Shown one piece after another: positions 23,600-33,000 of a DNA stretch of 33,000 bases; the first letter of the stretch is position 1, and each line of letters opens with the position of its first letter. The stretch is from Dicyema japonicum. Its lineage: Eukaryota; Animalia; Dicyemida. Made by a program: the position numbers and the translations under genes. The notes below the pieces were generated by a model. That model was given only the letters and a program-made list of their open reading frames with translations. It was not told where the DNA came from and made no database searches. Location of the stretch: the NCBI GenBank assembly GCA_011109175.1, contig RDEW01000028.1:603458-636457 (forward strand). Reading direction: 5' to 3'.

Positions 23600-25000
23600 G
23601 ATATTTAAAAAAAAGTTATCTACAATAATAGCATTCCAAACCATGTATTTTTTACTATTTCACGGGAAAAAATCGTTCCTTCAAGCCTTTTGTTATTTCT
23701 GTTAAGTCTAAGGAGGCACAGTAGTACAGGATATTTTGCCGGTAGAATTCCTCGCAAATACTTCGTTTCATCGCCATATGCCTCACGATACTTCCAGGCT
23801 CCATAGCCAAAATAGGGAATCAAGTTTCTTTAGCGTTCACCGGCTTCCCAACGAGAAAACATCTTTCTAAGCATTCTTGTTAGCGATTCGGGTTGCAATC
23901 CGTATAGGGTATTGTGTGATTCAACTGCGAAACCGCTAGCAGCGTTGATCGAAGAGAAAAAAGTCGGAGGGTCATTTCGAGAGGCGAGCAGATACTGATC
24001 TTCAAAAATGTCGTCAAAGAAATGTTCTATTATTTCGACCTCAGTGTCGCGTCAGTTCTCAAAATACGTGGCAGTCTGTAGTAAGAAACGAAAAGGCGAC
24101 TTGGAATAGAAGTTCCGCAAAAAAATAGTCCATTGAATTGAGAAAAGTAAAGTTACGGGAAAAACAACGTGGAGTCATTCCTATGTTTAAAGAAAGTTAA
24201 GATTTTCCTGTAGATAGATGGGACTCGAGAGAAATAGCTTCTTCAACATTGGTGATGAATATTCGTCGTTCTTCGAGCATAATATGTAAATGATCTTGCA
24301 TTAAGAAGGATTCAATGGTTTTATTGTATAGATGGCAACCTTTTAGCATTCATCTGATTGCAGAAGCGAGTGAGTCAATCCCTAAGGAAAATAGTAGAGT
24401 CCTTAGTGGTCTTATTTGCTAAACAACAATTCTAGACTTTAGAGTCTACCTGCAGAAAATCAATGTGAAAACTCGCCTATACGAGAGGCTTACAATTCCG
24501 CTAATTTTGAGGTCCCGACAAAACGAGCTTTGATTATGAAATTCCGACCAACGCTATTCTATGTTTTTTGGATGTCCAGCTTAAACAAGATGACATTTTT
24601 CCCTTCTCATAGACTGGCTATGAATCCGAGAGACAAATGAATAGTAGACTCGAATCCGCATGGAATCCCAACCTCAGCTAAGATTTAGGAGATCAAAAGC
24701 TGATTTTGAAGCAATTTTTAATGATAAGTGTTTGAATATGTTTGCAATAGTAATCGGCCGGATCCCACCAAAAGGTTTTCTGAAAGCAAGTAATTTTGAT
24801 GCAACGATAGTTCGTGGGGGTTGTCGCTAATTTCAACCCGAAAAATATGGTTACTGAAAATCTTTATAGAGCTTGTTAGTGAGTTCCCCGTATTGGCAGT
24901 TGCAACATAAGTAACATCCTTTATATGGCTTTAGCGTAGCCAGGCTAGGCCAGGATTGCTGCTCCTTGAAAAAAAATGAAATTGCCGATCATATGCCAAC
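23600..25000 (-). mobile_element. Old degenerate CRE-clade RT copy
   Basis: Minus strand reads ASKLLAFRKPFGGIRPITIANIFKHLS (24725-24810), GIPCGFESTIH, FKLDIQK, LLFSLGIDSLASAI, collinear with the RT at 20158-22260 but full of stops. Confidence 0.75.
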
Positions 25001-25124
25001 GGGGGAGAATATTTGTGGAGAGTCTATCTAATTTTATCAACGTAAGTCATATGTGGCTAGGGTCGTTATGCCAATTTAGTTACGTTGTCGATAATCATTC
25101 GGAATATTAATATTGTTAGTGGCC

Positions 25125-25340
25125 AGATACCCTGTTCAGTTGGAGCCTTTCAGACTGACCCAGCTAACAAAAGACCTAACGGAACAACTCTCTTCTTATG
25201 GGAAAGTGGTAGATACTTCGCCACCTGTATGAATAGCTTCTATCCCTCCAATCTTGTTATGATAGAGAAGGATAAAGATGAAGAAATACAAATGTCTCGG
25301 TGAACGGTTCATTTATGAACCAGTCGCCTTGGAAACGTCA
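25125..25340 (+). mobile_element. CRE-clade restriction-like endonuclease (RLE) fragment
   Basis: KRPNGTTLFLWESG (KRPDG-x-T-x3-W-x2-G equivalent) at about 25170-25215, and KMKKYKCLGERFIYEPVALETS (K-x-KY...F-x-P-x-A-x-ET equivalent) at about 25277-25339. Confidence 0.7.
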
Positions 25341-27363
25341 GGAATCACAGACTTCCCATACAGAGGGAATATTTGAAGAATAGATCTTGTTGCAGAGGAC
25401 CACACGGGAGATTCTGTCGAAAGCTTTAGTTAGGTCAATAGAGGCCAAGACAGTTCGTTCCGGGGGTTTGCAGTTGTTGAAACCGTTGGAGATGTATTGG
25501 GTTAGTGTCAGTAAGTGCGTGGTGGTCGAGTGTAAAGGACGGAAACCATGTTGTGAGTCGGAGAGGTCGAGGTAGGGGGTGATTTCGTTAAGAATGATCC
25601 TTTCGAGGATTTTTGAGACAACAGATGTTAAGGAAATTGGCCTGAACGAAGAGGGCAAGGAGGAGGCTTTGTTGTTCTTGAGTATTGGGATAATGTTCGA
25701 CTTCTTCCATAACATCGGGATGAAACACCTGTTGATGGAGAATTCGTAGATATCTTTAAGTGCCAAGAGCCCGTTTGGACCGAGGTGCTTTAGGTGGAAT
25801 ATGCTGATCCGATCGGGTCCCGTGGCTGGTGAGTTTCTTGAGTTTGTAATGAGGTTTTGAACATGACTTATGATACTTCGAATCGTGCCTTTGTTACCCT
25901 TGGGGGTTTAGTAATATGAGGTCGATTTTCTTTATTCATTGGAATATGACTCATTTTGCAATAGTGAGTCATCAAGTCATTTGCCTGGCAGTGGAAATCT
26001 TTCGTTTGGTTGTCCTTTCCAAGTCTACCTCCATGGGTTGTGCTCGATTCGGTTTGATTTGATTGTATTTCTCTGATAAATCTCCAGAAACTTTGGGGTT
26101 TTGATTTTGGATTCAATCGAGAGACGAAAGTGGACCACTTCTCCTTTTTGAGCTCCGTAATGAGGTGGGTTATCTTCTTGTTTAGGGAAGAAATTTCATC
26201 TTGGAGTTGCTGGTTGGTTGTTCGGGAACGTTTTAGGCGTCTTCTCTCACAGATGAGATCCAATATTTCTTTGTTGAAAAATAGTTTGTAATCATGGATG
26301 AATCCTTTAGGGACGTGCTTTCTATCCGCCGAAAGGATGGCTGAGTTGAAATGTGCAATGGCTTTGTCTGGAGAGGTAAAATTATTCACAGAGAAGTTTT
26401 CCAGCGACGTTTCGACGTCAACCGTGAAGTCGATCCATCTCGCCCTTTTGTAGTTCACATAGGTTCGCCTCGACATAGTTCGTCCGAAATGCAAGAAGAT
26501 GTCGATCAGAATAGGGTTATGATCTGAGGGTAAGTCATATCTGACATCCCAGTAGATCGATTTTGCAAGGGGAGCTGAGCATATGGAAGGTCAGGAGACG
26601 TGTTAGGATCCCCAGGGCGTGTTCCACATCTCGTGTGTTGGCGGGGGTTATTTAATATCACTAGGTGTTCCAGTTCAGAGATCACTTGTTTCCCTCTGTG
26701 GTCCGAATTCTGGTTTCGGAACCATAGTGGATCTTTAGCGTTTAGAAAGCCGCAAATAACTATGTTTTCGTATAGTTGAAGGAATTCTAGGTTTGGTCGA
26801 TAACTCTTCTGGCAGCAAGACGAAGGGGAATGTAGATATTCAGAATTGTGTAAGGAGTTGACATAATATTGATGGTGATGGATAGCAATTCCATATGTTT
26901 ATCAGAAGCCGCTGTCAATGTGTGGTCAGTGGTATCCGTGAATGGGATGGAGTTGTGAATGAGGGTGACCAGGCCACCACCGTGAGATCCATTTGATCGC
27001 TCAGAACGGAGCAAAGAGTAGTTTTTGAATTTTGGTGTTTGGGAGAAGGCAGACAAACGTGACTCCTGTAGAAGGGCAATGTCAATACGGTGTTTAACCA
27101 AGTACTCAGCCAATTCGGTATGTTTCGAGGTGATTCCATTGGTGTTAAGTTGTAAGATTCTGATGGGTCTATTCTGCGGCCCTGGGTTTAGTTCAATGTC
27201 ACCGGATGTCAGGAGGGATTCTTGGGAGCGAAAGCTTCGTGCCCGCTCAATGGTCGCCATCGAGATCTCCTTGAAGAGAGACGATAGGGAAATAGTGTGG
27301 TTCTTTTTCATGTGTGCTGTGTAGGGCACAGGCACAACCAAATGACACCTCTTGGTGAACCAC
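25341..27363 (-). mobile_element. Ingi-like APE/RT non-LTR retrotransposon, 5' end present, truncated inside the RT
   Basis: Short leader, 2A-like motif, APE (ILQLNTNG, IDIALLQESRL, GGGLVTLI, NIYIP, SPDL, SDHNPI), linker, RT (GPDRI, WKKSNIIPILK, SFRPISLTSVVSKILER, QHGFRPLHST, DLTKAFD). Three frameshifts (near 26836, 26588, 25900) are each fixed by one added base. The Ingi clade label is inferred from the 2A-APE arrangement. Confidence 0.85.
27177..27203 (-). other. 2A-like ribosomal StopGo motif GDIELNPGP
   Basis: Exact match to D(V/I)ExNPG-P, directly upstream of the APE domain, in the context SFRSQESLLTSGDIELNPGP. Confidence 0.85.
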
Positions 27364-27414
27364 AACGTCATTAAGCTTCAAAAAAAGAAGATAGGATATT
27401 GTTCACTTCTATGT

Positions 27415-27930
27415 AAAAGTGTAGGATATGCAAAAGTAACTTGACCGAAGCTGTTTTGAGTTTTTTAAATGCATTTATAATAGATTTGAAAAAATTGGTT
27501 TGATCTAAGAAATCCATATAAAGATATGTGAATACACTAATAAATTTCTTGCATAAAAAATAGAAAATTTTGATGAGATTTGCTATCTTCAAAAAAATAA
27601 TTCTGGTCAGAAGGAGAAATTAACTTGAAATTGTTGAATTTTATTGTAAAAATTTTATTGAGGTGAAAAATAACTATAATTTTGATGGAAATGGAATTTT
27701 AATATAAAGATGCTTGGAAGTAATCTATTAAATAGAACTACGGAGCAATTTATCAGCTATATTATGTCAAAATTAATTTATAAATTGATAGAGATGACAG
27801 GGAAAACTTGCTTCACTTTAGAAGACGGAGCTAACATATTAAAAAAATTGTATTTCAGTAACAATTTATGCGAAATTAAAAAGTATCTGGAATCTATGTT
27901 TTCTGTTATTAAGTTTTTTTATTAAAAAAT
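27415..27930 (+). pseudogene. Possible decayed spliced Cys-containing (saposin-like?) gene
   Basis: Fragments CRICK, ICEYTNKF, FDEICYLQ and LEIVEFYCKNFIE-MLGSNLL are separated by GT..AG micro-intron-like segments; in-frame stops prevent a complete model. Confidence 0.25.
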
Positions 27931-28383
27931 GAAAAAACAACATATTTCTCCATGCATATACGGCTATTTGAAAAATATCCTTCCACGTCAATATTTATTC
28001 AAATAATAATTTTATTGTTCATAAAATTATTATTTCAAGACCGAAATTTTTAACCTGCAAAAGTTTTGAATTCCATTATTCTATATTTAATAAAGTTTTC
28101 GATTAGTTTTTTTACATGTTAAAAAATTTTTTAAATTTTTCATAAAGTCAAAAAAGGTCAAAATTTTGAATTTTTAAAGTCAATAAAGTCAATTTTTGGG
28201 TTAAAATTTCGTATTTATAAAGTCAAAATAAAAATCGCCCTAGTGATCACTGGTTTCGAATATCGAAGTTCACACCTGGAACAGCTATTCTAAAGTTTGT
28301 TTCAATATGGATAGAAATGGAGGGATCAAAGGATTGTCTTTGCACGAAATTTACAAAGAACTATATTGTTGAACGTTTTGAGG

Positions 28384-28465
28384 GAACGTTCGAAAGACAT
28401 GGATGTCAGATCACGTTCGCTCGTTAAACATGTGAACGTTTCGAAAGACATGGATGTCAGATCAC
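28384..28465 (+). repeat. Short tandem duplication, period about 51 nt
   Basis: cgaaagacatggatgtcagatcac occurs exactly at 28391-28414 and 28442-28465, each preceded by gaacgtt. Confidence 0.9.
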
Positions 28466-28911
28466 AGAGACCCTATCTCTTGTTAGACTAGCAAGTAAAG
28501 CGCAAGGTTTGTCTTTTTGAACTTTGAGGCATTCTAATTGATGAATAACCACGTTTAAAAAATAATAAAAGTTTATTAGTAACTCCAAACAAAATGGTGA
28601 ATCCTAGAGAAGACGAGAGTTAGTGAGTTAGGATTGGCAAAATTTTAAAACCTTACACAATTCGGTTTTATCAGAATTAAAGAGAGTGCCTAATACATTC
28701 TCAGCAATTTTGGATTCAGTTCGGTTTTCATATAACAAAGTAGCAAACTCATAGGCGTGTTTCTATATTTTATGGTTAAAGGTTACTCCGAAATAGTCCC
28801 TATTAATTTTACCAAGAATATTTTGACAGATAATACAAGTTTGAGTCTGTAAATGAATTAAATGAAATACAATATCTGCGTAATGATCAGGCTCATTACG
28901 TATGACATCAT
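28457..28911 (-). CDS. Small secreted-type Cys protein, single C-x2-C...C-x5-C module (saposin-like?), copy A
   Basis: ATG at 28911; introns 28870-28847 (24 nt), 28786-28763 (24 nt), 28651-28604 (48 nt). Product MMSYVMSLIITQILL(K)TCIICQNILGKINRDYFG-KHAYEFATLLYENRTESKIAENVLGTLFNSDKTELCK-DSPFCLELL..; needs one extra A near 28840. Intron positions are shared with copy B. Confidence 0.7.
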
Positions 28912-29260
28912 CCTATGAAATTACCAATATCATATACGATTTGATGAAGGGAAATTTCGATCTATATTTGTTAAATAATAAAATAACCTGAAGAATCTGA
29001 GTGACTAATAAAAATCCTAAAATTGATTCACTAAAAACTTATAACCGAAAATTGATATCATTTTCTATCGCTATTTGAATTGTAAATTTTATTTTTATTT
29101 GGTTCACCACTAAAAATAATTTTTAATATAAAACAAAAAAATTATTTTTAATGATTAAACAATAATTTATGAGATCTTCATATAGTCAATTACTTTATTG
29201 CTATAAACAATAAAATTAATACCACCAGAAATAATGAAAATTATCTTATAGATATTCTTT
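28912..29260 (-). promoter_or_regulatory. Duplicated upstream region of copy A (partner at 30766-31125); putative shared promoter/5' UTR
   Basis: Long identical blocks shared with 30766-31125, e.g. aagggaaatttcgatctatatttgttaaataataaaataacctgaa and tcattttctatcgctatttgaatt. Regulatory function is inferred from position only. Confidence 0.5.
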
Positions 29261-29744
29261 GGAATAATCTCATTCTTTAGGAAAATTTGCTAATCTGAAT
29301 TTTTATGGAAGATTTGTTAATAGAACGGATTGGAAGTTACTGCTAATGAAAAAGACTCGTCAGTCACCGCTTTGTATTTAACATAAAAAACAATAATAAC
29401 ATATAAACAATTAATCCTTTACTTATTGAATTTTTATATTGATTGACGATAGAGAAGACGTCCTTATGTGTAACTCAGAAAATACACTTCCCTCTTCTCG
29501 CCTTTTGGTTTGTAGCCATCATTCTTTTAGTGACTTGCAGATTCGAGTAAACAAATAGCGTTAAAATAGCATGGGAATTTATCCACAATAAACTTTAATA
29601 ATAAAGGTTCCCGATAGTCAACCTGCATTAGCAATTAATGTCCCCGACATCATCTTCTTGTTTACTAAGCCACGTAAATATCGCTTGTGGTCACTAGATT
29701 GACATTTAGAATTTCTAGACGTTCTTTTTAATAAATAACTACAT

Positions 29745-30765
29745 TTAGAAATTTAACGTTAAAATTTTATTGGTAAAACCAAACAAAAATGTTAAATACT
29801 AGAGACGAGAGTTAGTTAGGGTTGGCAAAATTTTAAAAACTTGCACATTTCAGTTTTATCGTAATTAAGGAAAGTGTCTAATACATCCCCAGCAATTTGA
29901 GATTCATTTCGTTTTTGGAATAACATCATAGCAAATTCATCCACGTGTTTCTATAATTTATGGTTAAATGTTACTCCAAAATAGTTCCGATCAATTCTTC
30001 CGAAGATATTTTCACAAATATTACAATTTATGTTTTTCTACGAAAATAAATCCACTAATACATGTTTACTAGAACTTTCATTAACTTTTAAAGTCGTTAC
30101 AATATATTTCCTAGTTTTTAAATAGCCGGCAGGACAATCTCCATATTGTATACAAAAATTAATGCCGGCCTCAATTTCATGATAATCTTCCTTAGAATAA
30201 TATTCCAAAAATTACATCAGATTCTACTACCTTATCTCCCAGGTTCATAGTTTGGTATCTTATGCAAAATTCGCAGTTCTTGTAAGACGACTAGTGTTAA
30301 CAATATAATTCTTACATGCCCGGGAAAATCGTTATTTCTTCTTGATCTATCTCTCTTGTCACGTTCACTATAATCTGAGGGACACTTCCTCTCTTTAATG
30401 CAGCAATCAATTGCTTTTGCTTTTACATCAAAATCATTATCAGAAATTTTTTCTGAGATGTTTTATTCTAATTACCCATTCTATGAGACACTCATCTTGT
30501 ATTTGATACACTGTTCACATCTATAGTTATCATTATCCTGTTGTGATTATTTATATTTCACTTTAGTGTCGTCAGAATTCCCATTTCGTTTGTTCCGACT
30601 TTGATCATCTCGTCTGTCATTGGGATGGCGATTTTGAGGGTTTTCATGTTTCTATTTTAAAGAAAAATTTTCGAAATACACGATCGTTGTCGTTTCGATT
30701 CTGCAAATAAATTAAAGGAAATACATTATCTGAGTTATGATCAGACCTATTACGCCTGATATCAT
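29745..30765 (-). CDS. Secreted-type protein with three C-x2-C...C-x5-C modules (saposin-like?), copy B; gene or young pseudogene
   Basis: ATG at 30765; introns 30724-30701, 30681-30652, 30561-30538, 30475-30453, 30315-30291, 30215-30191, 30061-30038, 29974-29951 (23-30 nt), and a last intron of about 41 nt ending at 29799. Exons 3, 6, 7 and 8 are 90, 75, 129 and 63 nt (all multiples of 3). Lesions: two one-base losses in module 1, a shifted last donor at 29840, and one extra T in the last exon. Confidence 0.7.
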
Positions 30766-31125
30766 CCTATGAAATTAACAATATCATATACGATTTGATA
30801 AAGGGAAATTTCGATCTATATTTGTTAAATAATAAAATAACCTGAACAATCTGAGTGAGTAATAAAAATCCTAAATTTCACTAACTGAAAACTTCTAACC
30901 GATAATTGACATCATTTTCTATCGCTATTTGAATTATAAATTTTATTTTTGGTTGGTTCACCACTAAAAATAATTTTATAAAATAAAAAAATTATTTTTC
31001 ACAATTGAGAACGATAAAACAATAATTTCTGAAGATCTTAATTTAGTCAATTACTTTATTGTAAACTATAAAATTGATTGCACTAAAAATAAGAATGAAA
31101 ATTATTTTATAATCTGATATTTTCT
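30766..31125 (-). promoter_or_regulatory. Duplicated upstream region of copy B (partner at 28912-29260)
   Basis: Same shared blocks as 28912-29260, immediately 5' of the homologous ATG context tttcataggATG. Confidence 0.5.
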
Positions 31126-31214
31126 TATAGAAAATTGAATAAATTGGAAGTAGTGCTAGTGATTATGAAATCAAGATTCTTGAAACGATTTCTTCGAAAA
31201 AACTCGTTTTATTG

Positions 31215-31935
31215 ACGCGTTTGTACAGCAGTGAACAGCTAATGGACTTGGTGTTCCGAGAACTTTATCTATCAAAAGGACTAAGATTAAATCCTTTGTA
31301 AAAAAAGCTAAATAAATTTGGAAGGTCCGCCAGTAGAGTTGCTCTTTAACTAGGGCTTCACGTCTGCCTTGAACAACGATGCTGATGTGGTGTTGATGGT
31401 TGAAAGAAAAACTACACCTGCCGCCATGTAGACGGAGCTCCAAGAGATTCCCTTATCATGCCATGTTAAACTCGACAGTCATGAGACCTATCGAAGATTC
31501 CGAGTTTATTTGCCTTCTGAAATCCGTCGGTCTTGACAGAGTTGATGGCAAGATGCCGGATGGCGTAACTACCTTGACATGGAGCCAAGGGATGTGTCTT
31601 GCTTGAGATTCAATGTGTACGACACGTTCTCTAATGGGAATTTTCTTAAGTCGTGGTTGCGCTCGGGTTCTGCAGCGAGTACTGTTAAAGAGTTGAAAAG
31701 GAAGAAGTTGTACGTCCATCGTGGACTGGTTCGTTCTTCAGCCAATCTCCGTTGAGACGCCTGGTGTTATTGGCCGGGTACGTCTGAGTTTATAAGGTTA
31801 TCGAACGCGCTCCTGAGGAAGCGAAGGGTTACTAGAATGAAGCGATGGCTTTTCCTGAACATTGGGCTCACGATTACGAGAGGTAACTACCATTGCGTGC
31901 TAAATACCTGCAGGCCATAATGGAGACCTGTAATA
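31215..31935 (+). mobile_element. Degenerate CRE-clade 3' end (zinc knuckle remnant plus RLE)
   Basis: GLDRVDGKMPDGVTTLTWSQG at about 31528-31590, QPISVETPGVIG at about 31738-31775, RGN at about 31880; in-frame stops present. Confidence 0.8.
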
Positions 31936-32819
31936 ACAACTTGACTTACATTAAGACCATCAAATCATTTTTGAATATATGCTTGATCTCTATAATCAAA
32001 TAGAACGTTAAAAGTAGTCAGAGATTATTAGAATTAATTGAGTTTTCTCAAGAATCTATCTAAATTTTCTGAAATACTACATTTTATCTTTTCTGCATTA
32101 TATGGAAGTGGTGACGGACTCAGAAGAAAATGAAAACTTAAAATTCTGTATTTTCCTGATAATTCCCTGATTTAGCAAAATATAATCTAGCAGACATTAT
32201 TTTAGTTGAATGGTATTTTTCGATGATAATATTTTCATGAAATAAAAATTAAAAAAATTTCTAAAGACCATGGTAACACTGAACTAACTAAACACGTGAT
32301 CTTATCATGCTCTAATAGAAACCTCAACTTGCCCGATGCTTCTTTCTCGAGCCTACTCAAGCACTTATCGGCGTATAACTGGATCTTGAAGTCGCAACAG
32401 TACGTTCCTCGGTTCTTACGTTTTATCGATTCCAGAGGCATTGGAGACTGGAATTTTACCAGAAGTCCATTGTTCTGTAATTTTAGAAGCCTTTTTTGGC
32501 TAGCTTTGATCTTCAAGGAATTTTCAAGAAATGAATGGATCTCATATACATGTATGCTCAATGCAAGTATTTTATTAGTGAACATAAAAATACGTTTAAG
32601 CAAAAAAAGTTATGATTTGTTTTGTTGTTGGAAGTATTCGTGAACCATCTCTATGAAACCACTCGTTTCTTTTTCAACTACAGATTTTATTAGCCAAATT
32701 GTTTATGATATTTTTTTTATGACAAATATGATATTTAGTATTAACTCGCACTGTTATTCTGATGACTCTCCTTGCAGAGAGAGAAATTGACGTCCCCTAA
32801 AAATGGCTAATTTTCAGGT

Positions 32820-33000
32820 GAGAATCAATTTCGAAGATCAATTAAAATTAGAGACCACGAGGTAAATACTCAAGTTAGAAGGGGTCAAAAATTTTGATTT
32901 TTATATTATTGTAAAAATGAGATTTGAGGATCGTTTGAGTTTAGGGTGGTACAGGTAAAATCCCTAAATTAGAAGAAATTCAAAAATTTGATTTTTTTAT
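32820..33000 (+). repeat. Two diverged tandem units of about 90-100 bp, running off the window edge
   Basis: ggtaaatactcaagttagaaggggtcaaaaattttgattttt (32860-32902) recurs as ggtaaaatccctaaattagaagaaattcaaaaatttgattttt (32954-32997). Confidence 0.45.

Noticed and set aside
25387-27324. Plus-strand and alternative-frame ORFs over the Ingi-like element
   Set aside because: Shadows of the APE/RT frame.
32235-32643. Overlapping opposite-strand ORFs of 122 and 115 aa
   Set aside because: Both use non-ATG starts and have no motifs; at most one could be a decayed exon, and I cannot tell which.
1-33000. CRISPR arrays, operons, tRNA/rRNA genes, telomeric repeats, non-standard genetic code
   Set aside because: No regular repeat-spacer series, cloverleaf or rRNA signatures, or telomeric tandem arrays were seen. 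The shared in-frame TAG in the gene pair is an intron acceptor, not a reassigned codon.

Overview
AT-rich eukaryotic nuclear DNA read in the standard genetic code, with no prokaryotic-type features. Family assignments come from motifs I recognise by eye; no database search was run. Recognisable host genes are an LRRC71 orthologue (minus, 4010-5839; 13 introns of only 22-27 nt) and UBE2H/Ubc8 (plus, 14386-15108; introns of 45, 61, 25 and 26 nt). The six-frame ORF track misses a tandem pair of micro-intron genes (minus, 28457-28911 and 29745-30765) encoding secreted-looking proteins built from C-x2-C...C-x5-C modules, tentatively saposin-like. There is also an orphan spliced gene (6854-7745) with a decayed paralogue, and an intronless 156-aa orphan ORF. 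Roughly half the window is transposon-derived: an I/Jockey-type LINE interrupted by a pogo/Tigger fragment; an internally deleted Buster-type hAT with TIRs, an 8-bp TSD and a duplicated right end; a young CRE-clade element with an N-terminal PHD finger plus three older CRE remnants; and an Ingi-like APE/RT element carrying a 2A/StopGo motif (GDIELNPGP). Ultra-short introns together with a cilium-associated gene suggest a ciliated, genome-reduced animal such as a dicyemid (inference). About ten frameshifts are each repaired by adding one base to a homopolymer, so the assembly probably contains long-read deletion errors.
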